A DNA stretch of 63,935 nucleotides, counting the filler, from Olpidium bornovanus S191 (Eukaryota; Fungi; Olpidiomycota): NCBI GenBank assembly GCA_017911155.1. It is 27 parts of 27 records of this genome, joined end to end, with 100 filler letters (N's around TTAATTAATTAA, not from the genome) between each part and the next. Parts side by side here need not be neighbours in the genome. Positions count along the whole stretch, not along the records: positions 35,585 to 40,944 come from JAEFCI010005573.1; positions 41,045 to 42,772 come from JAEFCI010001697.1; positions 42,873 to 44,283 come from JAEFCI010009004.1; positions 44,384 to 45,885 come from JAEFCI010002400.1; positions 45,986 to 47,669 come from JAEFCI010002473.1; positions 47,770 to 49,103 come from JAEFCI010001634.1; positions 49,204 to 50,837 come from JAEFCI010010088.1; 20 more parts are not named here. One strand, written 5' to 3'. The notes beneath the pieces are model-generated. The model did no database searches. It was not told where the DNA came from and worked only from the letters and a program-made list of their open reading frames with translations. Shown here in pieces: positions 37,636 through 49,459 of the stretch. A program made the translations under genes and the position numbers. Within the stretch, counting starts at the first letter, position 1. Every line of letters starts with the position of its first letter.

Positions 37636-39873
37636 AACCCCACCTCGGTCATGACTCGCACGAGCGCCTCCTTGTCAAGATAATTGACGTTGGAGAGGAT
37701 GGGCAGGCGGCCGACGAACTCGGGGATGAGGCCGAATTTGATGAGATCGTCGGGTTCAAGCATGTCCAGGTAGTTGATCCGGTCGCGGCCGTCGGGCTTC
37801 GGAGTGGCCTTCATGGTAGCCCCGAACCCTATGGACTGAGACAAGGGCCCCCCCCAAAAAAAACGTTAGTGTCGTGGGGTTATGGTGCCGCGGGTTCGCC
37901 GCCGTCCCGGGGAAAAATGCCAATTACCCCTTTGTTCACCCTCTCCGCTATTATGTTCTCGAGGCCGATGAAGGCGCCGCTCAGCACGAACAGTATGTTC
38001 GACGTGTCCACCGAGAACACCTCGCCCTTGCTGCTCCCGCCGGGCGGGCCCGCCAGCGCCGAGTAGGCGTTGCCCCCCGCCCCGTTCCCGCCGACCGGAC
38101 CGACGCCCCCGGAGCGCGCTTTGCCCGCCATGCGGGCGGCGGCGGCGGCGCCGGTCTTGTCGGTGACGTGGACGACCGTGCCCTCCAGCATCTTCAGGAG
38201 GGCCTGCTGCACGCCCTCGCCCGACACGTCCTTGCCGCCGAGGCCGTGCACGGGGTTGCGGCGGGCGATCTTGTCGATCTCGTCGATGAACACGATCCCG
38301 ACCTCCGCCCGCCGCACGTCGTAGTCCGCCACCGCCAGCAGCCGCTGGATTACGACGTCCACGTCTTCGCCCACGTAGCCGGCCTGCGTGAACGGCGTCG
38401 CGTCGGCCATCGTGAAGGGGACTTTGAGGATCTTGGATAGCGTGCGCGCGAGGAGCGTCTTGCCCGATCCAGTGGGGCCGACTTCGGAGGGGGCAGGCGG
38501 GGAGGTGCGGGGTTGTTTGAAAAAACGTCGGGTCAAAACTCGAACGGCGAGCGAGGCGAACGCGCGCGAACGGATTCGCGGGTTTCCGCAGATATCAGAA
38601 ATAATTTTTCTAAACTCGAAACGCGCCCTCACCTAAAAGTACATTAGATTTGTCAAAGATGATGTCGTTCCTTGCGGCGCTCGCGGGCCTGCCGTTGGAA
38701 TCCCGATGTTGGAGCCTGGATTTGTCGCTTACCGCCGCCTGGCCGACCCTCGGCTGCGGCTGCGGCTGCGGCTGCGGCTGCGGCGGGAACGGCCCGCGTT
38801 CCCCCGCGGAAACGACGTGCGTCGGAGGCGACAGGAGCCTCGAGAAGTCGGCAACCTCGGCGCTTTCGCCGCCGCGGCAAGCCTTCTCGACCGCCACCGC
38901 CTGCGCATCCTCGATGCTCTCGGCGACCGGCGACCTCGGCTCGAAAAAGTTGTCCCCGATCCGCTTGTTGGTCACGCACGCCCTCGAGGGGAGCGCGGCT
39001 TTCCAGATCGAGCTTTGAAAGCCCCCGTCGGCCGGCTTAGAAGCGCACAAGTCTTTTTTTACGGAGAGGTTTTGAGAGGCGCGTCAGCCGAACGCGGCCC
39101 CAATCGCCTGGGCTGCAGATCCGGCGTCGAACGCGAACTGGTCCTCCTTTCGGCCACCCCGCTCCTGCCTCCCGGAGGCTTTCGCCTGACGGCTCGCGTT
39201 CACGTTACGGCAAATTTGCTCACGTTTTTCTCTCAGTCTTTCCCCCTCCACCTCCCTTCGGCTCCCTCCCTCCCGCCACCAATCTTTACCACTGTCCTCC
39301 TCCCTCCCTCCCGCCTTCCACATCCCTATACCCTGCCTCCCTCCGCTCCCTACACGGGCCCCACGCTCCGACCCCCGCCACGGACCTTTGAGACTCCACG
39401 AGGTGGCGCCGCCGTCGTTTTCCGGCCTTCGCGGCCGACGGTCCGGGTCACCGCTCTTGTCAAAGAGCGGGCCGTCGCGGTGGCGCTCAAAATTGTCGAA
39501 GGTGAACTCGTCGAACGCGGGAACCTCCGGGAGGAGGATCGGCTGCTGCTGCTGGTGCTCCCTCGCGGAGGGGGACAGGTTCGCCTTGATCCGATGCAGA
39601 TGGTTGAACACCGCGACGGCCAGGTTCCTCTTCGCGCGGTCCTGACCGATCACGTACTCGTCGAGGTGCTCGGTGATCTGGGAAAGGAAAACGGGGTGGT
39701 TGACAGGCGGGAGGTCGGTTACGTTCGCTAACGTGGTGGTGGGGGGGAAGCATCCGCTGTTCCCTTTCTCCTTCTTTCTTTTCCTCATCGCTCTCACTCT
39801 CACTCTCGCTCTCTCTTCCGCTATTCTCTCTCTCTCACTCTCTCTCACTCTCTCTCCCGCTCGCTCTCTCTTC

Positions 39874-39913
<40 letters not shown>

Positions 39914-40016
39914 TCTCACACACTCTCTCTGGATCTCTATCTCTTTCTCTCTCTCCTCTCTCACCCTCTCCCCAGATACCGGGCCTTTCCCGCCCCCCCC
40001 CCCCCCCCCCCCCCCC

Positions 40017-40052
<36 letters not shown>

Positions 40053-40589
40053 TTCCCCCCACCGGCGCACCTGCTTTGGACTCCGCAGCCACGAAAAGTC
40101 GAAATCTTCGACGATCAACTGGGAGGTGTCGGCGTTCGGCGAGCCGGGGGCCTCTCCGGGGCCCAGGTGCCTCTTCAGCCCGCGGTCGTCTGCGGGGCTT
40201 TTCCGGTCCGGGTTGGCGGAGTCGCCCTGCTTCCGGAAGGAGAAGGCCGGGGCGGCGGAGCGGCGATGGTGCGCGGCGACGGCCTTCCCGTGCTTCGGCC
40301 CGGCGGCCGGCCCGGGGGAGGGGGCGGCGGGCGGGGGAAAGGGAGGGGAAGCGGCGGACAGCGGCGGCGGAAAGCGACGGCGGGCGGCGTGACCGTCGGA
40401 GGAGGAGGAGGAGGAGGAGGAGGAAGAGTGACGCCGGGAGCCTGCGGCGGCGGCGGCGGCGCAGGCGGCGGCGCAGAGGAGCTGCCTGAGCAGCAGCGGG
40501 ACGACGAAGGCGTGGCGGAGGCCCCTGCAGCGGGGGGAAACGGCGGCGGCGGCGGCGGCGGCCCGTGCGGCGGCAGACGGCGGCGGCAT
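37160..40589 (-). CDS. MCX1: Mitochondrial ClpX/Mcx1 AAA+ chaperone; last exon not found
   Basis: [42 protein letters not shown] (Walker A), [21 protein letters not shown] (Walker B), [39 protein letters not shown]. The N-terminus resembles a presequence. Confidence 0.96.
39780..39970. repeat. (CT)n-rich microsatellite followed by a C-run, in a ClpX intron
   Basis: Directly visible. Confidence 0.95.
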
Positions 40590-40804
40590 TTTTGCCTCTT
40601 TCTCAGTGTCTCTCTCTCTCTCTCTCTCTCTGTCCCCTCCCCCCCTTTTTTTTTTTTTTGCTTTTTTTTATCTCTTTCCGTCTGTGAAAGCGCCTGCGCC
40701 GCGGACGGTCTCCCTCTGCGCGTGTGTGCCTGTCTTCCTGTCCTCTTCTCGGACGCGATGAAGAAGGGAAGGGGAGAAGAGAAGTGAAGAGATGAGATGA
40801 GATG

Positions 40805-40852
40805 AGGGGGGGGGGGGGGGGGGGGGGCACCGGGGGGGGGGGGGGGGGGGGG

Positions 40853-40913
<61 letters not shown>

Positions 40914-40915
40914 CG
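40805..40915. repeat. Long G homopolymer tract
   Basis: About 110 bp of almost pure G near the contig end. Confidence 0.9.
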
Positions 40916-41044
40916 GAGGGAAAAGGGAGGGAGAGGGAAAAAGGNNNNNNNNNNNNNNNNNNNNNNNNNNNNNNNNNNNNNNNNNNNNTTAATTAATTAA
41001 NNNNNNNNNNNNNNNNNNNNNNNNNNNNNNNNNNNNNNNNNNNN

Positions 41045-42762
41045 CGGCGAGCTCGGGTGTGGCCCCCCACGTCCGCTCGGTCCAGGCGCCGCTGGCGCGC
41101 GGGGTTCGCCGGCGCGTCCGGGGCCGGGGCCCCTCGGGACCCCGACGGGGTTTGAGCCGCTCCCCCCCCCGCTGTTTTTTTTTTTTTTTTTTTTTTTGGG
41201 AGGGGGAGGTGGGGGAAGGGTAGGGATCGAAAAAATGGCGGCGGGTGTAAGTTTGCGAAAGCCGGCAACGCGCGTGCGCTGGGGGGCAAAATCGAAGTCT
41301 GCCCGTCCTTCACCTGCTGAGCTTGCAGCTTCTCCAGCTCCGGGTCCACCAGCGTCTGTATCAGCTTGATGCCTCCGCGCCGTTTCTTGCTGTCCTCGAC
41401 GGCCGCGGACAGGGCGGCATATATCCCGGAGATCGGATGCTGCGCGAATTTGAGGCTGTCCGTGAATTTGGCTTGCACCTGCAAGATGTGCTCACCCGGG
41501 TGATCCACGGCCAGGTACTGCTTTTGGCTCTTGTAGTCCTCCTGGGTGAGGTCAAACATCTCCGACCCGAGCAGCAGCGAAAGCGAACCGTCGGACCACC
41601 TCACGAACCGCGCGTTGGACTCTGCCCTCTGGCGGGAACATATTTCAGCCTGTTGCTTAGCGGGCGAAGCCGCGGAAACGGCTTGCAGCCTGACGAAGGC
41701 CGTCCACCAATTCGACCGCTTCCGGTGCCCGGTGGCAGAGGCTACGCACCTGTCCTCCCTGGACCCGATATCTTATCGTTTTTTCCAAGAGGAACTTGTC
41801 CAGCCGTCTCTGCTCTTCCGCCTCCGCCGCCGGTTCCTCTTCGTAGGTGTCCTCGTCAAACCCCTTCGCCGCCACGCTGATAAACTTGGGCAGTCTCATG
41901 AAGTGCAGCTGGCAGGGGTTGGAAGCGCAGGCGAAACACGTTTGAGTGTCCTTTCCATGAGAAGCCCACTCGCGGTCGAAGATTACGCCGCGCCAGTTGG
42001 CAGAAGGCTGCTCTCGGCACTTGCCTTGTTATCCTCCAAATTCGGGGCACCGAGATCGGCCAGCTGATATTCGGTGACGTGCCGCGCGACTTCCGGAGGC
42101 CGCGGCTCTTCGCTGCCTTCGGTCCGATGAGCCGGGGACCTCTCCACAATTCGCCAGTCCGGCGCACTTCATCGACGCCAGCCGCGGGGAACTCACGCTT
42201 CTTCAGGTCCGGACACTTCCTCCTCGTCGCTTCCGAAGAGCTCCGCCAGATTCACGTCTCCTTGCGCGCCGTCCGGCACGGCGTTGTCCTCCGCGTCAGA
42301 CGGCTTCTCCGATCCGTCCCGCCGCCCGCCTCCGCCGCCGCTTTCCGACCGCTCGCCCTCGAGCGCTTCCTCCGGCCCTTCTCCTCCTCCCGCCCCGGGA
42401 ACGGACGCTCCGCCTCGCTTCGCAGGCCGCCGGCCCTCCTTCGCCTTCGCGGCGGCCTCCCCGTCCTCGTCGGAGCTGGACGAGCTCTCGACTTCCGAAT
42501 CTCCGAACAGGTCCTTCTCGAGATCCGTGGCGGGCGCGCCGCCGACGTTCGGCTGCTTGGCGGAGGAGCCGCCGGCGCCCTCCTCCTCCTCCTCCTCCTC
42601 CTCCACCTCCTCCTCCGCGTCGAGGCCGTGTGCCTCCGTCCGCTTCCTCTTCAGCGGCGGCGAGGAGCGGAGCACCCCGTCGCCGCCCGCGTGCGGCGCC
42701 AGAGCCTGCGTGCCCTCTCCGCCGACGCGGCTCGAGGCGGCATTGTCCGAGCGCGCGGCCAT
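41045..42762 (-). CDS. LEO1: Paf1-complex subunit Leo1 (partial)
   Basis: Acidic N-terminus with DLFGDS and ELFGSDEE; MRLPKFISVAAKGFDEDTY; EKTIRYR; ESNARFVRWSDGSLSLLLGSEMFD. Confidence 0.9.
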
Positions 42763-42872
42763 CGGCGCGGGANNNNNNNNNNNNNNNNNNNNNNNNNNNN
42801 NNNNNNNNNNNNNNNNTTAATTAATTAANNNNNNNNNNNNNNNNNNNNNNNNNNNNNNNNNNNNNNNNNNNN

Positions 42873-44283
42873 CATGTCAGCTTCAAACAGTTCAACGTGA
42901 ACCGCGACTGGGCGATGACTTTCATCAACCTCTTCGAGAAAGCCGTCGAGCAAGACGGGTTCACCTTGCCGTGGCAGAAGAAGTACCTCCTGCGTCGCGC
43001 TCTGGATAGCAACGACGATGACACGCAGGACCTGTTCACACTCTGGTTGGAGTCCGAGCCAGCCCGCGCGACGTGGACCGCTACCAGAGCGAGTTTCGTG
43101 AGGCATTTCCTCCGTCCCGCGGAACGAGACCCCTCAATCGTCATGACTGAGTTGATGCAGAACTATCAGCGAGGGCATGAGACCTTCTATGATTACGCGA
43201 GACGCACCAAGATCCTGGTACAGCGCTTCCAGCTGGCAGTATCTGCATCAAAGAATGTGTTCCACACCGTCGCGCACATGGGTGACACAGGCGAGGCGGT
43301 ACTCGACCGCTTCGTTCACCACATCCGCAACCGCAAAACCCGGTCCTGGATCCGCGCGCGCATGGAAGACCGGTACCTCCCGGTCGACGTGATCGTGGCC
43401 CTCGACCGCATGATCGACGACGTCCGCCCTGACGACGATGACGTCCAAGTTCCGCCGCCACAGCAGGATGACCGCATGCTGGGCGAGCGCTCTGCTGCCG
43501 GGCGCAAGCCAAATCCGAGCGGTCCCAGACGCGCGAGGAGAATTTCACTCGACGCGATTAAGAATGAAGTCGAGCACATGACTCAGACGGGACGGTTTCA
43601 ACGACCTCGCCGACCGAGTGGCAGCGGCAAGCCAGCCACCGAAAACACAACGTGTTTCAGGTGTGGCGGGAAGGGTCACTATGCCAGCACTTGCACACAG
43701 CCGGCCAACGAGAAGAGGGCCAGGCGCGCGATGCTTACGGCCTTGCTCGCACAAGGCGAGGAAGCATCGCCTGAGAAGGAGACGTCATCCGAATTGGATG
43801 GGGAGCCACGCACCGACGTTTCATCTGACGAGTCGGATTTTCAGTGAAGCCCGGCGACAGACCCAGTCGTCGAGCGAAAGGACCAAAGCGGGAAGGTCGG
43901 GTCAAAGCGTTGATGCTGGAGGATGGTGACCTCCACGTGTTCCTCACTACATACATCGGGATGAGCGACGAGAAAGCGCGGGAGTTCTCTGTGTTCGCAG
44001 CGGAGAAACGAGGTCGCGATATGGACGGCAACGACCGGCCGACCCCGGAGGCGAAGCGTACGCGTTTTGAGGTCGGGACGAAGATCGGGGCGAGGGAGGT
44101 GAAGGCGAAGCGAACGAAGGAACAGAGGCGCGACCCACGCCCGCTGAAAATCGATGCGAACGCTCCGTTCCCTGACCTCTACAACATCCTGCAGCAGACA
44201 AAGGTCGAGATCAGCTTCTTCGACCTCATGCGAATATCACCCGCGTGGAAATCCAAAATGCAAGACGGGCTCCGACCGGCCCC
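42873..44283 (+). mobile_element. Ty3/Gypsy-like LTR retrotransposon: gag ORF plus start of an overlapping -1 frame ORF
   Basis: Gag is open from the contig edge to TGA at 43845-43847 and carries CFRCGGKGHYASTC. A second ORF in the -1 frame contains TKVEISFFDLMRISPAWK, typical of the pre-protease region. No introns. Confidence 0.85.
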
Positions 44284-44384
44284 NNNNNNNNNNNNNNNNN
44301 NNNNNNNNNNNNNNNNNNNNNNNNNNNTTAATTAATTAANNNNNNNNNNNNNNNNNNNNNNNNNNNNNNNNNNNNNNNNNNNNG

Positions 44385-44431
<47 letters not shown>

Positions 44432-45109
44432 GGGGGGGGGGGGGGGGGGGAGGGAGAGGGGATTGTGGGTGAGAATTTCTGTGACAAAAGAAAGGCCCAA
44501 TTCTATATTCTCGATGCCGTGCGAACACAAAAAAAGGCCGCCAAAAGATGGACCGAGAAGGCAAACAACCTGGCATTGGTTTACCGCTACCACCCGCTCA
44601 TCAAAAATGTATAATCGGCATCAATCTTAAAAGTGCTGCGCTGCTTTGAGCGCAACTTAGTAAAGATTGGTTTCGAGATCAGCGCGGGCGGGGAAGCGTA
44701 CTGCTGTTTTCCCAGTCTTTTTCTCCCTGACTTGGTCACACCAACCCCACGTACCGGGGATCTTGGAGGCATCTAAAAAGTTCCCGTCCCGTACCAAAAC
44801 GTATTCCGAAATTGTCCCCCGTCGTAAAAACTTTTAGATAAGTGGCGTCGCCGGGCGACGGCGACGCAGCTTATGGGTGCTCGGTAGGTGCAGATATTAC
44901 ATGTGCATGTTGAACGAACCGCCGTGGGGGGGGACGTGGCAGCTGGGGTTGCGCACACGAAAAAGCCAAAAAAAAAAGCCTGCGCTTGCAAAGGGTTGCC
45001 CGCTCTAACGCGGGCATGTTCAGAATGAATAGGTGGCGGGGAATACATAAAAAAAGGGAAAAAAACCCCCCGGGCGCCGAAGAAGACCCCTTAAACGGAG
45101 CAACGGCTT

Positions 45110-45885
45110 CTAGTCGGAGTCAAACTTTACGGAGTTCGACGTGAAGTCGATCTTGCCTCCGCGATACGACCCTTTCTTTTTCTTGTTCTGCAGGGTGTCG
45201 CGGAACGACAGCCGATCGTCAGTCGACTGGATTGCGAACACGTCGAAAGGAAGGTTCGCGTATACGCCGAGCAGACAGACCTTCTCCTTAGTAAAACCTT
45301 TGCCCCTGGTCACTATGAGATCCTCGTGCGCTTTATGACCGAAGGAGCCCAAGGCATTCGGCTGAACACGACGCCCGGGTAATACAGGACCTATCAGCTT
45401 TGGGCATTTCCGCAAGCCAAAGCGACAGCGGGGAATGCGGGAAACACGCATACTTTCGCCATAAAAGTGTTATCCTTCAAGCGGTCGTCCAGAAACGTCA
45501 CCTCCTCATCCTTGATCCGCTGGAAACGCGCATTAGGCGTTCTGGTCTTGATTGACGTTTACGGCACGCCAAGGCAAACCATCACGACTGTGAGCGCTAA
45601 TTCAAGCACGTTCGGGAACGCGTGGAACGTACATATGGGATACCTTCTTAGGCGTTGGAGTATGTTTTACCGGCCTGATACGTTCAGAAAATAGTTTCCG
45701 TCATTTAGAGTCGGAAAACACATGCAGCCAGAAAGTAGTTTCCGTCATTTAGAGTCGGAAAACACATGCAGCCACAATGTCGCCGTGATTTGCGCCACAC
45801 ACGACTCACGTTACGGCGTCCTCGACGTTCTGACCTTTGTCTGAGCCACCAGCAGCAGCCAACGGGCGTTCCCTGCGGTCAGCAA
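45110..45885 (-). CDS. SRP40: Srp40/Nopp140-like protein, 3' exons (SRP40_C domain)
   Basis: TPNARFQRIKDEEVTFLDDRLKDNTFMAK / LGSFGHKAHEDLIVTRGKGFTKEK / NKKKKGSYRGGKIDFTSNSVKFDSD*. Confidence 0.92.
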
Positions 45886-45985
45886 NNNNNNNNNNNNNNN
45901 NNNNNNNNNNNNNNNNNNNNNNNNNNNNNTTAATTAATTAANNNNNNNNNNNNNNNNNNNNNNNNNNNNNNNNNNNNNNNNNNNN

Positions 45986-46618
45986 CATGATCCGTTCTTG
46001 TTGCTGGATCCGGTTGGAGGGGGAGGGAGGGAGGCCGACAAAGCTCGAGTCAGCAACCAAAAAGGCAGCCTGGCTCAGAAGGTGGGGCCTGGAGGTCGAC
46101 CAGCCAGATGTTCCATCTTGCAACCCGCGCTACGGGACCAAACGTACCCGTTTCCTGCTGATCTCTTCAAACTTCCTCTCGGCATCGGTTTTGGTCAAGT
46201 CGACTTCCTTTGCCGCTTGTCTCGGAGTCGACGAAGGGGAAGACTTCCCCTCGGAATGCATCTTCGCCGCAGCTACGGTAGTCTTGTGTTTGATTTTCCT
46301 TTTAGATACAGGGGTCTCCGGTCAGTGCGGGATGTCTTGGCTGGGTCAGCCGGGGCGGCCGCCCCGCGTAGTGGGAGACGACCGGCTGCCTCGCCCGAGG
46401 GCGGCTCAGGTCCAACGCACCTACGGCGCGCCTGCACCAACCGACGCAAGGGCGGCGCCGCCTGGGTGAGGGGTCGGGTGTCCTCACTTTTTCTTCGTTG
46501 CCCCTGAGGCGGTCGACGACGCCCCGGTCCCCGACGACGCCCGCTTAAACTTGAGGCCTCCCTTCGCGACGGAGAGGGCCTCGTCATAGGCCGAAGAAGC
46601 CGAAGAGGACGAGGCCAT
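45986..46618 (-). CDS. FAM32A/DUF1754-family small nuclear protein (3' truncated)
   Basis: MASSSSASSAYDEALSVAKGGLKFK...VDLTKTDAERKFEEISRKR/QQERIM matches the family pattern AY...GGxLKxK...TxAExxFEExxxKR. Confidence 0.75.
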
Positions 46619-46747
46619 GGCCTGCGCGCGCGCCTAGGACCAGCGCGCGCGCCTAGGACCAGCGGCGCGCGAACACAGGGCTTTCCTCCTGGGAGTTCTG
46701 CCTCCTGAGCAGAGTATTTGGCACGGACGGAGCTCGGAAGGAGAGAA

Positions 46748-46766
46748 ATTGGACGGGTCACGTGAC
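46748..46766. promoter_or_regulatory. CCAAT box plus GTCACGTGAC upstream of the FAM32A-like gene
   Basis: ATTGG at 46748-46752 and GTCACGTGAC at 46757-46766, about 140 bp upstream of the ATG. Confidence 0.5.
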
Positions 46767-47039
46767 GTCGGGCGGTTTTCAAAGGACGGCTGGGTGGGCA
46801 GGGCCGTCTCCCCGGCAGAGCAAGTGACCCCGGCTAAACTCCGATTCGTGGTCAGGAGAAAAAGCGGGCGGGGCGATCCGGCGATCCGCGAGGTCTTTTC
46901 TCGACTGCAATTCCAAGAGCGGATGGCACCGCGGCCTCCAAATCAGCGTCTCATCTACAAAATAGAATTCCTGTGTGGGCGGCGACCGGATGACACCAGT
47001 GAGGTTTCCGCCGCGTGGCAATCTTTCATTCCAAAACGC

Positions 47040-47669
47040 TCAGGGACTTTCTCCGCGATGTGATTTGCACAAGGGTCCTTTTAGACTTGTCGGAAGAAGT
47101 ATTAATGAAAATACCGGTGACGTGAGTAGCCTCACGCGAAGGTCCATACAGAACTTGGCACAAAGTTTGTCTCCAATCGCGTCGGCCTCAGCCTTGTGTT
47201 GAGCAGCCCAAACAACATTGTCGATGAAAAGACCAAGGACGGCATCGAGCTTTAGATCCTTGGGCGGATTGAGAGCGGCGTCGGCGAGCTCGTCAACACG
47301 TAGAGTCGAGTCGAGTCGAGTCAAAAGTCTGAGAAATCTAATGTGCGCCCGTAGGGCAACGCAGGTATCAGATTGTAACTGATATTTACCCATTATTCAT
47401 TACTCTAGAGTATATAGTATATTACCAACAGGTCTGGATTCAGGATCCCGGCGTCACGGTCACGGTCACGACCAACCCCCCTTCGACGCCAGTAGCATAC
47501 GTAAATGAAACGCTTGACCGGGAGCAGGAACCAGTCGTGGTCGCGCAAGTAGTGATCGATGGCGTCTTGCCATTGGAATGCATTTTGATAGAAGCCGCAG
47601 AGGGCCTCGTCCATCTCGGGGATGGTGTCTGGACGGTCGAGACCTGGGTATCTGACAATTTGATGCATG
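47040..47669 (-). CDS. Uncharacterised two-exon protein fragment
   Basis: Frames ...EALCGFYQNAFQWQDAIDHYLRDHDWFLLP...LNPDLL and HIRFLRLLTRLDS...AKFCMDLRVRLL are separated by an AT-rich GTAATA...CAG stretch. Confidence 0.4.
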
Positions 47670-47895
47670 NNNNNNNNNNNNNNNNNNNNNNNNNNNNNNN
47701 NNNNNNNNNNNNNTTAATTAATTAANNNNNNNNNNNNNNNNNNNNNNNNNNNNNNNNNNNNNNNNNNNNCAGGAACTTTCCTCCCTCCCTCCGCCGCCTT
47801 CCCCCTCCCCGGCGACAGCGGGACAGCCTGGCCTACCGCCGGCGCGGTGGCGGCGACGGGGTCGCCGAAACCGCGGCTCGCGAAGACCGCGTCCT

Positions 47896-49103
47896 CTAGA
47901 TTCTCGGCGCTCCCAGCGGACGACGGCGCGGAGGATCCGCCGGCTCCCGCCCGCGTCGCGCCTGTGTGAAAACGGGGAAAGGGGAACGTTCGCAAATGCG
48001 ACGAAGCCCGGCGGGAGGTAAAAGAGGGCCGTTGGAGCAATGGGGGAGAAAAAAAAACAGTGTGAATAAAATTTTTTTTCGGACTGCGGACGAAAGCGAA
48101 TCAAAACGACGTCCCACCTCGCCCGCCGGCGTCCTGTCGCGCTTCGGCGGCCCGTCGCGCCTCGGCGGCCCGTCGCGCCTCGGCGGCCCGTCGCGCCTCG
48201 CCGACCTCCCGTCGTGCTTCCTTGGCGGCGCTTCGCTGCGCGCGCCCCGGTCGCGCTCCGCCTGTGACGCCGGGCCCGCCGAAGTCCTGCCGCTCTCCAC
48301 CGTCGACGCCTCGCCGCGCGCGTCGCGGTCTCGCTCCGGCTGCCGCGCCCCGCCGGGTCTTTTCCGGTCCCGCCACTTGCGGAACTCGAGGAAGACCTTT
48401 TCGCTCTGAAAGTGTTCGCGGCGGAGCTCCTGCGAGAACATGCGCGCCCCTAGGGTCGACGTTCTCGCCAGCTTCTCCCACTTCACGGTGAGCCTCCCCC
48501 ACCCGCCGCGTTCGAAGGCCACTACCTTCTCAAAGGGGTAGTCGTCGGCGGACTCCCAAAAGTCGGCGACGACCTCCCGGCCGCGCCACGGCAGGTCGTC
48601 GAAACCTTCTGGCATGTCCGCCAGGGGCAGCCACCTCGGCCCGCCGGCGGCCTCCTCGCGCTCCACGAGGAACAGCCACTTGCCGGCGGCCGAGGTGCGG
48701 AAGTCCAGCACGCGCGCGACTGGCGGGCACAGCGCGGCGCGGACCATGGCGAGGTGCGCGTCCGGCCGGCGCTCCAGCGCGGGGGGGAGGCAGTCGCAGA
48801 TGTTGTTAAAAAGGTGCGTCGCCAGCATTTCCGGCACGAGGGGGCGCTCGCGCGCCGGTGTTGTTCTCCGTCAGGTGGCTCTCGCCCTGCATGGCCGGGC
48901 AGCGGCCGTCGCCGCCGCACCGGCGAGGCCTGAACTCGGGCCGCGCGGGCCTGTCCATCCAGACGCTCGTCTTTTCATCACCGGCCGGCGGTACTGGCAG
49001 TAGTCAAATTTGTACTCCGTGACGCGGGAGTTCCGCGGGTCGGCGAGGTGCCGGCGGAACACGGGCCGCTCCCGGAGGAGGCCGGTAGCGGGGTTCTCGA
49101 TGA
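47896..49103 (-). CDS. Uncharacterised protein with two chromodomain-like segments (partial)
   Basis: VARVLDFRTSAAGKWLFLVERE...RWLP and YPFEKVVAFERGGWGRLTVKWE resemble chromo folds, followed by an R/D-rich tail. There is an in-frame TGA at 48871-48873. Confidence 0.4.
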
Positions 49104-49459
49104 NNNNNNNNNNNNNNNNNNNNNNNNNNNNNNNNNNNNNNNNNNNNTTAATTAATTAANNNNNNNNNNNNNNNNNNNNNNNNNNNNNNNNNNNNNNNNN
49201 NNNCCCCCCTCCCTTGGCAAGCAGCCAACTGACTCAGCCGTCTCTTACTCCTGAGTGGACCTCTTTTTGTTTTTTTGCAAAGCCGATGTGTCATATACAC
49301 TTCGGCCAACCCCCTGTAAAATTTCGGGGTAGTGTATTAAAAAAATGATAGCGTGAAACGCCTGGCACGACTTTTTGGGACCAGAACCGCAGAGCAGATG
49401 GTTTGAAAAGATGGGCGGCGAAACTTGTATTTGCAAGGGCCGGGGATACGAGAGATCGT

